DNA of 64,000 bases, taken from contig NC_134030.1 of NCBI RefSeq assembly GCF_964204645.1, forward strand, positions 12,917,947 to 12,981,946, written 5' to 3'. A program made the position numbers and the translations under genes. The DNA comes from Tubulanus polymorphus (taxonomy: Eukaryota > Animalia > Nemertea). This document shows, piece after piece, positions 1 to 12,880 of this stretch; the stretch's first letter is position 1, and every line of letters begins with the position of its first letter. The notes beneath the pieces were generated by a model. It was given only the letters and a program-made list of their open reading frames with translations. It had not been told where the DNA came from and did not search any database.

Positions 1-1200
1 TTTGCACTTGCTCACATGATAGTGAGCTGGAATTAGTAGCGTTCCTAAACTTTTAATTAGCAGCGATCAAGTTGAAGTATCGTATTTAGTTATAAACTGT
101 CTGGCAACTTTTTTTGGTGAGTTTTCGCAAGATTCATACCAATTTTAACATACTGGTCACGCGTCACCGCTCTCCTATGCTCGCGTATGTCCGCAAACAT
201 AATTCATAACCTCGTGAATACTGATTGTTAGCGCTGTTGATCATGGATTCGAATGGAGAAAACAGTCACAATAGCCCAGCAAACACAGGTAACTATAGAA
301 ACGCCGGACCACCTCGCAGTGAATGTTTTAAGATTGGAAACCTCCTGCAGGAGGTCCTCAACAAAGTTAGCGTTTTACCAGATTTAAACGAGAAAGTCGA
401 TTCACTATCTGCAACTCGCGTTTCTAGTGTCGAGAATGATCTAAAAGCATGCAGAAACTCAGTAACAAACGCAAATAACGCACAAGGAGAACTCAGACAT
501 AACGTGAACCAAGCTTTAAAATCTCTGGCTGAAACTACCAAGTTAGCCGAAAAGAACGCGCAACGTATCGAATATCAAGAAAACTACGGGCGTCGCGAAA
601 ATTTGATTTTCAATGGAATTCCAGAGCAAAACACCGAGAATTGCGAACTTCTAATCCGTAAGATCATTAAAGAAAGATTAGAGATCAACGACTCTGATAG
701 TATTAAATTTCAAAGAGTGCATAGACTATATAGGAAAGTTGAAAGAAACATCCCGCGCAGTATTATCGCACGATTTGTTCACTTCCCCGATAGAGAACGC
801 GTTAGACGTCAGGCTTACAAACTCCGTAACAGTGAATTTTCAATAAGTGAGGATTATAGTAGTGAAACCACAGCAAAAATACGGGCAAAAAAGCCGCAGT
901 AGAAGCCGGCCATTAAAGGGTAACTGACACTTTTTTTTTTATTTCAAAATTCGATAAGTTCTATCGAACTAAGGAAGACTTTGAAATAGTTCTGTTCAAA
1001 AATGTGTAGTTTCCGCGAAAATCGTGATTTTGTAAGACAATTTTTGACCTCATTTCGTTGTATACATCGCGTTAGAAATCATCGGCAATTTCCGTCGATC
1101 TCCGGCGCTGTGACGTCAATAAAGTGAGCACTGAAAATTCTCTTCTATGAGATAACGTTGCGTTTTTACTACTCGGCGTGTTTTCACTGCTTTTTCTCAA

Positions 1201-3431
1201 ATGCCAAATCGTTGTGTTTGCTTTGGGTGCGATTATTCGGATAGGGGTATATTTCTTTTTCCGAAGAATCCTGTTCTTCGAGAAAAATGGGCTTCTTTTG
1301 TAGGTTTAAAGCGATTGAATTGGAGCGGCCCAACGTCGAATAGCGTCGTGTGTTACCGGCATTTTACCAACGATGATTTCGTTAATAAAATGCAGTATGA
1401 TGCACAATTTGCAAAGAGGTAAGTTTCATTCAGTCATCTTAACATTTATTCGAGACATGGTTTGAGAATAATTATTGTATGGGCTTGAAAATCACTGTTA
1501 AAAGGGTCGCATTTTCAAGTCCAATTCAAATCAATAAAATTTATTTTTTCCACGCGCGGTATCCAATTCATAATTTTTTATGTCAAAATGCCGTTTAACT
1601 TTTGTTTGCTAAGCGTGATTGTAAAACCATGCCTTCTAGGTCAGCTTACATCGTGTGACAATAGAAACATCTTTTCATTGAACTACTACTATAGGCCACA
1701 GTGCATTGGCCATCGTACAATAGGCTTTTATTGTCATAGTTAGTGAGTGCCTTACTTCACTCACTAACTACAATAACAAAATGAATATTTCACGAGCCTT
1801 GTGAATTAACGGTTGCCTTTTGCTTGAAATAGATTGTTGCTGAAACAAGGAGCCGTGCCATCGATCCACACTGTGATAGAAACCCCTGAATCTACATCTC
1901 AACCAGAGGATTTCTTCTCGCTACCACGAAAGCCTGGACGAAAAGTGTTTGAGAAGAGGGAGAGACGGCGAGTCATTGCTGAGACTGAGAGCCAGGTTTT
2001 GCATAATCTTCAACCAAATTTGGTTGAAGATTATGCAAAACCTGGTGAAGATGACGGCGGGGAAGTGTATGCGGAACCCGGTATCAAATCAGAGTTCGAG
2101 GCGACAAGAGAATTTGCTGTGCAGGCTGAACCGGATTGTAAATCTCGAGGTAGGATTTTCATGATGGTATGGTGTATCATTGTCATTCAGTTTTGAATAT
2201 ATCACTGTAATCATTGAATTTCATGTTATTTAATGATAATTTTTTCTAGGGATGCAAACGCTGAAAGAAACTGCACAGGTGAAGACCAAAATTGTGTACC
2301 GCATCAAACCTAAGATTATCTACAGAACGCCATTTAAGGCTCAGCGTTCAGTTGGAATCCAGGAAAATGCATTGAGTGAGTATTCTTTATTCAGTCTATA
2401 TCGTATTATGGTACGGCTTGTATTATGGGGTTTTTTATGATATCATCTATTCTCCCTATCTATTTAATCCTACTACTGTGATTGGTCTGTTTTAGCCCGA
2501 AACATTGGTATTCAATGTAAGCGACCTGCTGAAGAACTTACAAATACCTCAAAAGCCATTTGTATTGGAGAAGAATCAGATTTAGGGAGTGACAGTGAAG
2601 ATGATGACTATCATCCAGATTCGGCAGAAGAGTCAGAGATGGACAGTGGCTCTGAGGATGATTCTGAAGGCAGAGTTATGTTTGAAGAAATGAGGTTAGT
2701 AAAGTATAATATTTTAATCATGAATGATATTTTCCTTTCTTTTGTATAAAACTTCATTTGATGTACTATTTACAGGATCTTTGGTTGGTGATTCTATGCA
2801 AAAATATCTGACGAATACACGGGTTATAAATAAAGTGAAGATGATGTCACCATACGGCCAAACCAGTAAACTGGAGTGTCTTCACAGTTTATTCAATCAT
2901 TTTGCCCAGAAGATGATTCAGTTTTCTTACAATGGAATGACAAGCAGGTAAGCAAAGTATATAACAATTGAGTGATATTTTTTCATACATATGTCCCTGC
3001 TAAGACTTATATCAATGTCTTATGTCTTCTCTAAGGTTACAAATAGCTGCCCTACATTTCAATGAGAATAGTGACAGAATACAAGGCACAAAGATTGATG
3101 GGACAAAAAAATATAGCATTGTCTATCCAAAATACAAGGACACCCACACATTACGAAAACTACTCACTGATGCCACTTATGGTGAATATTAAAGTCATTA
3201 ACTAAACTTATGTAAATAATTCATTACCAAACACATTGTTGGCTAACAGTGTTTTTTATTTCAGAATATGTCGACATTTGCTGGAACAAGATACTCGAGG
3301 ACGTGGAAGAAGCAGATAGGCCGAGGAAAATAATCACAGTACCACCAAATCTCACATCAAACAAAGAAAAAATCACCAAAGAGGAAGCCATCGCAATGCA
3401 CAGGACAAGATTCAAAAAAACTAATAGATGA
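1201..3431 (+). pseudogene. Spliced Kolobok THAP-domain transposase lacking the central DD region
   Basis: Exon 1 (1201-1418) MPNRCVCFGC...LFPK...W...VCYRHF; exon 2 (from 1833) LLKQGAVPSI completes the THAP domain. Later exons read SPYGQTSKLECLHS...FAQKM..FSYNGMTSR and LQIAALHFNEN, a Kolobok transposase C-terminus. GT-AG introns are visible. Confidence 0.8.
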
Positions 3432-4110
3432 TTGAATGGTAAGTCTCTTGACATTTGTATTGAAGGTATAATTTCATTTAAAATTGTAATACATGCACAT
3501 GAAAACATGACAATTATATTGATTTTCTTAAAAAATACATTCTTTTTAGGTCTGCGGAAAAAATGATGACCCAAAGTGATGATTTAATTCGAAAAATAAT
3601 GTACGAAGAAATATATTTGAAATTTGGCAGTTCAAAGATACCGAGTACGTTTTATTTCAACATCAGGAATCATGATATATCTTGTATTCGTTTTATAATT
3701 CAACCTAAAATATTTTTCATGTCTTTTTCAGGTGATAAAGACAAAATATCTACATTTGCATGGGAAGATTAATGGTGAAACTACAAGTCTAAGTGAAAGT
3801 TGTAGACACCAGTTCACTCAATAAATGATCTGTAGAAAATTGATAGGAAACTGAAAATAAAATTATTGATCTGCTTAAGCATAACAAAACTGCTCCTTAC
3901 TTGAACAATTAATTGCGATCAGATGTTTAAATTAGAACTCAATGGATTGAAAGCAAAACGTTTTATACATTATAAATATGCAATGAAATTTATATTTTAT
4001 ATCTAAGCGATGTCATTGTTTTATTAAAATATCTGTAAGAAAAGCACAAGTTAAGAAGAATATATAAACATCGTTAGAATTTTTAAGTTGAATTCTTCTA
4101 TTTTAATTCA

Positions 4111-5060
4111 TTATGGTCCATCAATCGACACATTACGAAATCCTTTATATACATGGTCCTCCTCATAACCGTCCTCAGGGAAATGTGCGCGGATGCACGA
4201 AACGACACAAGCAGGCAAAATTCTCCTATTCTCCTTGCCCAAATATCCCCAACACCACCGAACAAATGATCTGTATGCTACATGTCTTAATTTCGCATTT
4301 GCTGACCCTTCAAAACTTTTCCGTCCGTACTGCCGTTTAAATTCGGTCCACATCAGCTGCAGGACCCAAGGGTTCAAACAGATCGAAGCGAAAGCTGCTG
4401 TGTCCGTCATGCAGGTCTCTTCATTTTGTCCGGACTCCTCCCAAACCCATTCCAGTCTTCTTTTCACGACATCAATCTCCATACAGCACACACACTCTTG
4501 CTCCGTCTCTAAGATCTGACAGTGTCCACATTGGCACCTAAAAAGATTATCCATAAAAATTTTTTTAAGGTATGGATATAGGTATCTACTTGTTGTAAGC
4601 CTATGCTGATACAATGCAGTGCAAGAATAGTCCAGCAGTGCCAGCACAACGACGTTGAATCGCACTGAGCTTTTGAAACGAACATGATAAGATTCTCTCA
4701 ACTTCGCCAACAAAGCTCAAAAACCTATAATTAAATCTACGGCTTAATGAATCTTAAAATATATATTTTTAAGTTAATTGTTATATGAACATACCACTGA
4801 TTCAGATTATCCAGCTCCAAACGGTTTATTCGGCCTTCGTCGTCGTCTCCCTCTGCCTCCGGTCTGGGTCCATCGCCGTTTCGCTTCGGTTCTGCCTCTG
4901 GTTCGTATAAATACGGCCCGATCATTAATTCCTCTTCGTCACTTGTTTCCTGCCATTCAAAATCACTAAGCGATTCATCTGAATTTGATGCCGAAGTGGC
5001 ATTAAATTCAGATGAATCGCTCCCATTGTCCGATTCTCTATTCATTTCTATAGACGCCAT
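4111..5060 (-). CDS. KolX-like protein (P2X7 cytoplasmic ballast / nanor-like Cys-rich domain), two exons 5060-4795 and 4537-4111
   Basis: Acidic exon 1 with PYLYEP; GT..AG intron 4794-4538. The join gives W-CQCGHC...ECVCC...CLNPWVL...RHVAYRSFVRWCWGYLG...LPACVVSCIR..FP. 266+427=693 nt, in frame (230 aa). Confidence 0.88.
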
Positions 5061-5739
5061 TATTGAGTCGCTGCCTTTAATGACGTAGTTCTATAAATAG
5101 CCCGCAGTACACGTGTTTTTCCGGAACGATGTAAACAAAACGAGGCGCGCGAAAATCAAAATCATCAAATATCATTATAAATTGAAATTTTTTCCGATCT
5201 TTCAAATTGTCAATCTCAATAGTATACTATAATGAATCATTTTATTCCAAAAGTAGAAAATTCTTGAAAAAGTGTCAGTTACCCTTTAAGCTTTTTTCAA
5301 TTGGCAAGGTAATTTATTCGTCGACTCAAAGCTTTGCAAGGGCGATGGAAGCGAGTTCCATGTACGCGAAAGTAATCCGAACTTCTCATTACAAAGTCAG
5401 ATTGGAAGCAACCCAGAGAAAAGTCGTCACACAATGGGAGTATTCAAGTTTAACGCTAATCAATGTTCAGCAAATCCCAGCGGGGAAATCTCCGCAACCA
5501 ACAGACAAAACACAATACCGAATGTCAATACGCAAAACAGGAATAAGAGCCCGAAACGTAAGACAACGAAACCAGACACGAAACGACCGAGAATATCATC
5601 GTCGGATGAAGGTTTAAATGTAGGTGAAGCATTACAGAGCCTAGTACTAGACATGGACTCGCACCAAATGACAACCCATGTAAATGATGAACAGCCTGCC
5701 AATGACGAAGCCTAGCAAACCAGCACAGAGCCAAACTGT

Positions 5740-6815
5740 AGCAAGTTATCGATATTAACTATAAACGTAGGTGGCCTAAGGAGCAAAGAATATGTTTCTG
5801 AGTTTGATAAGTTAATACAGGCGTAAGATGTTTGTGTTCTCATTGAAACGAAGCTTGATGACATTGACGAACCCTGGGCAAACTCATTTTTGGCTTGGAT
5901 GTATTCTACTCACAAAAAATCGTGTAAAAATTTCATCGTTTCGGTCAGGCGGTATAGCAATAGCCTTACGTAAAATCTTAGCTGCTTACGTCACCGTTAT
6001 CAAAAACTGTAGTTAATTTGTACTGTGGATATCATTAGACAGGTATGTAACAGGGTACGATAAAATCCTTTAGATCGGTGCGGTGTACTTACCACCCGAA
6101 TCTAGCAAATACGGTAGTGTAGACTGTTTTAATGAATTAAATGTTGATATTTTAGAAAATTTTGATAATAATCGGTCCTCCATGTTATTATGTGGAGACT
6201 TCAACGCTTACACGGGTGGTCTTCTCGACTACAGTGAACCGGATAATTTTATAACTGAAGGGTTAGATATCAATTAAAGTGAAATATTGGTCGAAACTTA
6301 TAACTGTACATACTTTTTACACCACCAAGGCATTAAAAGGCGTAAGACTAAAGATCTTTCGGTAAATAATTTTGGATCGCGTTTGGTCGAACTTTGCAAA
6401 AACCATGATTATTGTTATCTTTAATGGGAGAATAAGCCCTGATCATACGATTGGTGATTTTACTTGCCACGAAGGTTTAAACAAACACACTATAGACTAT
6501 GTAATAGGATCCCCACATTTAATTGAATCTGTTAAATCGTTAAAGGTATTATAATTTGAAAAACTTTTCTCTGACGTGCATTGGCCCGGTCACAACAGAG
6601 CTCCAGCTTTAAACCCGAACAGCAAATTTGCCTCCACTTAGTAGGGAAGACGATCATTTGAAAGAAATCATAAACTGGAAGCCCGAGAGAAAGGAGCAAT
6701 TTTGTATAGCACTTGAAAAGGAAATTCCTCTTCTTGATGAAATAACAGAGGGTTTAACCAATTTTAACATAAACGCTAGTGATGCAAACGACAGAGTGTG
6801 TAAAATCACAGGCAC
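5740..6815 (+). pseudogene. LINE ORF2 apurinic-like endonuclease domain, decayed and truncated before RT
   Basis: Motifs across frames: ILTINVGGL, CLIETK, SGGIAI, VYLPP, LCGDFNA, FGSRLVELC, FNGR, GDFTC, TIDYVIGS, FSDVH. Confidence 0.85.
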
Positions 6816-7750
6816 TTGAATATGGGCTTTGATAATGGATAAATATTTGATAATTTACCAGCGATACGTTAATCCTACTTTAATAGATCCGCCATGTTTT
6901 ATAATAAAATTACCCATGATGCAACGGGCGCCGGTCGTTTAGCTACACTATACAGAAAGGCTGGAAACGATCCTATCTCCGTAATGCTTAAATCTACCCG
7001 CAGTTATCGGGACAGCGGTGACGTCACAACCAACCGAAGAGCGATCGGAAATTTCCGACGTGGCCTTCGCGAAGTTCCGAAGGGACGCCCTCTGGTATTC
7101 GTATTTTTCACTCCTCTAGGTTGAAACCGGGAAATTCGAAATTCGAGCGTTTGTGAACGTGAACCGTGAAGCCAGTGCCAGTGCCCATTTTTCTGGACTA
7201 AGATTGCCTCGGGGATTAGAGAGAGCAGTGCTGTGTATCCTCGTCAACGTAAGAAGTTCATTTTCCTCAAAAACAATGCAAGAATTGCATGATTCGAATA
7301 AAATTACAAGAAAATACCACCAATGATCAACATTTTTAATTTTATCACACAACTTAACTTACAAATAAAAGTGTCACTGATTAAAATTCATCAATCTATG
7401 AATCTTCATAATAAATACTGCAAGCTCTCTTGCAACTTAGAATTCTTTACATTTAAATAAATCATATTTTCTTTTTTCATCAATAAATTACTTCTGTTTT
7501 TTACACAAACTTTTGTAAAAGGCTTTATAAAATTAAAACGAAAACCGTAACACCTCCTTTTATTCTTATTCTTAAACTAAACCCTGTTATAACATATATC
7601 ACTATAGCCTATATCACTTCTCTCCCTACATAAAATCAAAAATTAAAATATCACTACAATTTCTTTAAACGCGGACAAATCAATCAACAGCCTGTTAACA
7701 TAGGCCTAACCATTCACCTTCTGAAGGGCAGCCTGTTGTCTGAAAACTTC

Positions 7751-7878
7751 GGGACGGTTGTTCAAAAGTTGGTATGAGTTAACCTGTGGATAGTTGCTAT
7801 GGTGACAATTGAAATTTCATTGTTACTATGGTATTTATCCACCGGTTATCTTTAACCAACTTTTGAGCAACTGGCCCC
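7751..7878. mobile_element. Small MITE (Harbinger-like termini)
   Basis: GGGACGGTTGTTCAAAAGTTGGT ... ACCAACTTTTGAGCAACTGGCCC imperfect TIRs. Confidence 0.6.
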
Positions 7879-7944
7879 TGACTTTTAAACATGTTTTACT
7901 GAATACATCACTGTCTCTTCTTTCCTCAGGTTTGCGTCGGCATT

Positions 7945-8329
7945 AGTAATAGGGGTAATGGGCTTTCATACCAAAGGTCGAACGGTCGAGCTCATTAAAA
8001 AACAAAACATTAAAAGTAATTTAAAACTATAATATATCTTCATAACCGTGTGCATTTTATATTATAACTAAATATTTATTCTAAGATATCAATAATTTAA
8101 AAAGCATATTGTATTAAATCAATTGGTCGCTACCGCTCCGCTCCGCGACCAATTGATTTATTTACAATACACAAATTCATATAATCAAATATATTCAAAT
8201 AATAATAATATTCAACTGAAATACACACGGTTATGAAAATATATTATAGTTTTAAATTACTTTTAATATATGTTTTTAATGAACTCGACCATTCAACCTT
8301 TGATATGAAAGCCCATTACCCCTATTACT
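7945..8329. repeat. 385-bp terminal palindrome (fold-back) at the left end of the virus-like element
   Basis: AGTAATAGGGGTAATGGGCTTTCATA at 7945 and TATGAAAGCCCATTACCCCTATTACT ending at 8329; inner stem AAATCAATTGGTCGC / GCGACCAATTGATTT around a 14-nt loop. Confidence 0.92.
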
Positions 8330-8453
8330 CTTAAAATATTATTAAAGTGTGTTTGAAATAATGCATAGCTGTTTATACTAAAACATGATTCTATTTGAAC
8401 CTATATATCATTGAACTTCTAAAATCAATTTTAATAAAAAATTTAGTATTAAA

Positions 8454-11400
8454 ATGGAAGCAAATAAGTACTACTGCCCAACATGTAATATCAATATAGA
8501 TAAATCCCAAAAAGCAAGACACAATAAAACTAAAACACATTTAGAGAATAAATTAAACTAGAATATAAAGATGATATATTAGAAACTAAATTAGATGAGT
8601 TAAAGAATGAAAAAGAAACATATAAATGTGATACATGTAATCAATCATTCAGCGATAAAAGATATTATAATGAACATTTAAAATCTAAAAGTCATATTAG
8701 AAATAAGAATAATGATATTTTAGGTGAAGATTATTTTGATAAAGACAATGATAAGAAACAGAAGACAATTAAAAACATAAAAAATAAATTAAACAATAAA
8801 AGACCATACATGGAAGATGTAAGAAATTATATTAATTCATTAGATAATAAAAAAGATATAGAGATAACCGAAGCATTTAAAAGTGATATTGGTCCAGCAG
8901 CTATCGAGTTTAAATTTCATAAAGGAAAAACATTAGAAGAAAATAAAAAACATTTAGAAAATATGAAAGAAATAATAAAAATAATAACTGATGTTGAATA
9001 TCCTAAAATTAGTATATCTTCTAAAGTTAAATTCATAAAATCTGAAGATAAACCAATATATAATATAAATTCTCATTCACAACATATTATTTCAAAACAA
9101 CATATAGATGATAAATTAGATAAATGTTATAATGAAGTAAAAACTAAAATCGAAGAGAAATATTTTGAAGGATCTGGTTTAATATTTGATGAAATAATAT
9201 TTATGACTTTATATGTTTATAACACAAAATATAATAAGTTAACTAAATCGGAACCAATTGATGAAAATAATGAATCATATTATAAAGAACCAGATATTGA
9301 AGCATCGAGTTATATTAAACTACCATTTAAAACTAATGCTGTAATAAATGTACAAAATGAAGATGATAAATGTTTTCTATGGACAATTATAAGTTGCTTA
9401 CATCCAACAGAAGATATTACACATAGTTTTAGATTAACAAATTATAAACCATTTGAAAACAATTACAAGATAGATAAGTATCCTGTTATAATTAAAAACA
9501 TCCCAAAAATAGAAAGAGATAATAATTTAAGAATAAATGTATTTGATTTAATCAAATTGCCAAATACAAAAGGTAACAATATAAAACATTATACATTAAA
9601 ACCTTTATACCTATCAAAAGATTATGATTCAAATGATGTTATAGATATACTATATTATGAGAATCATTATATGTGGATTAAACAAATAGATTTATTTTTT
9701 AAATCAGAAAATGATCACCATAAAATATATCTTTGTAGAAAATGTTTACATAGATTCAGTAATGAAAGTACATTATTAAATCATAAACAATTATGTGAAA
9801 ATCATGATTATTGTAAATTAGTTTTACCAAATGAAAAAGATAAAATATTAGAATTCAAAAAATATGATTACAAAAATAAAGTACCATTTGTTATATATGG
9901 AGATTTTGAATCATTAAATAAAGAATTAACTGATCAAGATAGAAAAGAAATATATTATAAAAGAAAGAAATTAAATTCTAATGAAAAAGATCTTTCAGAT
10001 GAACCACCAAAAACAAATACTATTAAAAAGATTCATCAATCAGCTGCAGCTTTCGGGTTATATATAAAATCTGATTATCCAGAACTAATTGAAAGTGAAT
10101 ATTATGATTATAGAAATGAAAATGTTATCAATCATTTTTGTGACTTATTAATTGAATATGAAATAAGATTTAGTAAATTATTGAATACAAATATAGAAAT
10201 TATAATGACAGAAGAAGATAAAGAAGCATTTGCGTTTGCAGATAAATGTTATTATTGTGAAAAGATATTTAATTATAAAGATAAAAAAGTAAGAGACCAT
10301 GATCATTTGAATGGAAAGTTTAGAGGCGCTGCACATGAGAATTGTAACTTACAAGCTAAGAAAATTAATTTTGTACCAGTTATATTTCATAATCTATCAG
10401 GATATGATGCACATTTATTCATCAAACAGTTATGCCATAAAATAGAAGAAATTAATAATGAAATTGAAAGATTAAATTCAAATAGATCAAAAGATAAAAT
10501 ACCAACTTATAAATTTAGAATGTTAGCTAAAACATCTGAGAATTATATATCATTCCAATTTGGTTGCCTAAGATTTATAGTTTCATATAGATTTTCAAAT
10601 AGTTCATTAGATAACTTATCAAAATCATTAGTTGATGATGAATTAAAGACATTAAAAGAATATTACCCAAATAATGATGATTTTCAATTAATGAGATATA
10701 AAGGCGCTATTCCATATTCATTTTATAAAAATCATAATGATTTTAACATAACTGAATTATTGAAAGAACAATTCTATGATGAATTAAAAAATGAATATGT
10801 TAAAGATGAAGTATATAATAGAACATTGAATATTTGGAATAATTTCAAAATAGAAAATCATGGGCAATTAGTAGATTTATATTAAAAATCAGATGTATTA
10901 TTATTAACCGATATATTCGAAAGGTTTAGAGATGTAAACCTAAAATATTTTAACATTGATCCTTGTCATTGTTATTCATCACCAGGATTAGGGATTGTGG
11001 ATTAAAATTTACAGATATAAAAATGGATTTGTTAACAAATATAGATCAGTTACTATTATTTGAAAAATCTATAAGAGGAGGAGTTTCAGGTGTATTAGGG
11101 GATAGATATTTCAATGTAAATGATAACCCCGGATATAAGTTATTATATATAGATGCAAATAATTTGTATGGCAATGATGGAACCACAACCTTATGGAGTA
11201 TTTGAAATAACTGAAGTTTTACAACATGAAAATAATGATAAATTTGATTGGAAGAAAAGAATTCTAGATATTGCAGATGATTCAGATACTGGTTACTTTT
11301 TTGTTGTAGATTTAGAATATCCTGAAGATAAAAAATTTAAATCTAGAAATCTAGCATACTGTCCCGAACATAAAACTGTAACACATCAAGAATTATCAAA

Positions 11401-12480
11401 TTATCAAAAAAGAATTAAACCCGAAAATCATATTCATACAGAAAAGTTAATGGTAACTCAAGAAGATAAATATAATTATGTAGTACATTATAGAATGTTA
11501 AAGTTTTATTTGAATCAAGGAATGATTCTAAAAAAAGTACATAGATATATTTCATTTAGTCAATCTAAGTGGTTAGAAAAATATATAGATTTTAACACCA
11601 AACAGAGAACTAAAGCTAAAACTGATTTCGAGAAAGATTTCTTCAAACTAATGAATAATGCATTCTATGGTAAGACTTGTGAAAATATTGGAAATAGAAA
11701 TGATATTGAGTTAGTAAGTAATGGCAAAAGGATAAGGCATTTACAATCATATCCTAAGTTCATAGGTAACAGAATATTTGATGAAAATTTAGCTGCAGTT
11801 AAGATGAGAAGAACTTCTATGAAATTTAATAAACCAATCTATGTTGGCGCATCAGTTTTAGAATTATCAAAATTACTAATGTATGAATTCTATTATACTG
11901 TATTACAACCACTTTTTGGAGAAAAACATATAGAAATATTATATTTTGATACTGACAGTTACATATTAAAGATAAAAACTGATAACATAACAGATGATTT
12001 AAAAACATTAAAACATCATTTTGATTTTAGTAATTATCCTAAAAATCATGAATTGTTTAGCAATGATAATAAAAAAGTTCCAGGGAAGTTTAAGGATGAA
12101 TTAGGTGGTGAAGAAATGATTGAATTCATTGGTATTAGATCTAAAATGTATTCATATAAAACTAAAGAACATGAAGCTAAAAAGTTAAAAGGAATAACCA
12201 AAAATGTAGAAGAAAGAATATTCATTTCAAAGATTACATCAATTGTATATTCAATGAAGAAGTTAGAAAACATAAGATGAGATGTTTAAGATCTGAAGAT
12301 CATGAAATGTTTATTGAAGAAATTGAAAAGATAAGTCTAAACCCATTTGATGATAAAAGATATATTTTAGATGATGGAATTCATACAGTTGCTTATGGTT
12401 GCAATTTAGATGAATACTTAAAATTTAAAAGAGAAGAAACAAAAGAGAACGAGATAATGAAAAGAATTCTAACGTGTTAA
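8454..12480 (+). pseudogene. polB: Protein-primed family B DNA polymerase with N-terminal zinc fingers and an inserted endonuclease VII-like domain
   Basis: ExoI IYGDFES, ExoII FHNLSGYDAH, ExoIII Y*KSDV; pol motifs YIDANNLYG, KLMNNAFYGK, YFDTDS; EndoVII-like CYYC...RDHDHLNGKFRGAAHENCN. Stop at 10883-10885 and several frameshifts. Confidence 0.95.
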
Positions 12481-12509
12481 TCAAATTTCAATAAAAATAT
12501 GTATTATAA

Positions 12510-12863
12510 ATGGAGAGTAAACAAACACACAGTGAGAACAACAAATCATTTCTAGATAGAATTAAAGATATAACAAATGTAAAATCTGTAGATTATAAAT
12601 TCAAAAAGTTAACAGAATTAATAATCCATAAGAAATATCTAATTACAAATATTGATACAGTTACTAACAAATATGGAGATAAATTAGTTATACACTTAGA
12701 ATATAAAGGATTAAAAGGAAATACACATAAATTCAGAACATATTTACCGGATAGATTTCATAGATTATCAAGTGAAGACTTAGAAGAATTATGTTCTGGA
12801 GATTTCTATTTCGTATACAAAGGTAAGAATGAAAAAGGGCATCATGAAATAGATTTCGAATAA
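12510..12863 (+). CDS. Small Polinton-associated protein (possible OB-fold nucleic-acid-binding protein)
   Basis: Intact 117-aa ORF directly after PolB; KKLTEL...TNKYGDKLVIHLE...YLPDRF pattern. The fold is inference. Confidence 0.6.
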   Translation: MESKQTHSENNKSFLDRIKDITNVKSVDYKFKKLTELIIHKKYLITNIDTVTNKYGDKLVIHLEYKGLKGNTHKFRTYLPDRFHRLSSEDLEELCSGDFYFVYKGKNEKGHHEIDFE

Positions 12864-12880
12864 GAAAATATGTAAAATAA

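Larger units (their letters stand above)
917..5285 (+). mobile_element. Kolobok-superfamily DNA transposon, internally deleted
   Basis: TTAA at 913-916 and 5286-5289; TIRs AGGGTAACTGACACTTTTT / AAAAAGTGTCAGTTACCCT; THAP-transposase on + and convergent KolX-like gene on -. Confidence 0.92.
225..5715 (+). pseudogene. LINE ORF1 (coiled-coil plus RRM-like region), split by the Kolobok insertion at 917-5285
   Basis: ORF 225-902 has a coiled coil followed by ENYGRRENLIFNGIPE...FQRVHRL...PRSIIARF...ISEDYS, typical of non-LTR ORF1. After removing the insertion the text continues AGH*AFFNWQGNLFVD in frame with ORF 5434-5715. Confidence 0.8.

Noticed and set aside
4111-4713. Host P2X7 purinoceptor gene
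   Set aside because: Only the Cys-rich ballast-like domain is present, with no channel domain, and it lies inside Kolobok TIRs. The ORF-track N-terminus (4713-4538) is intron.
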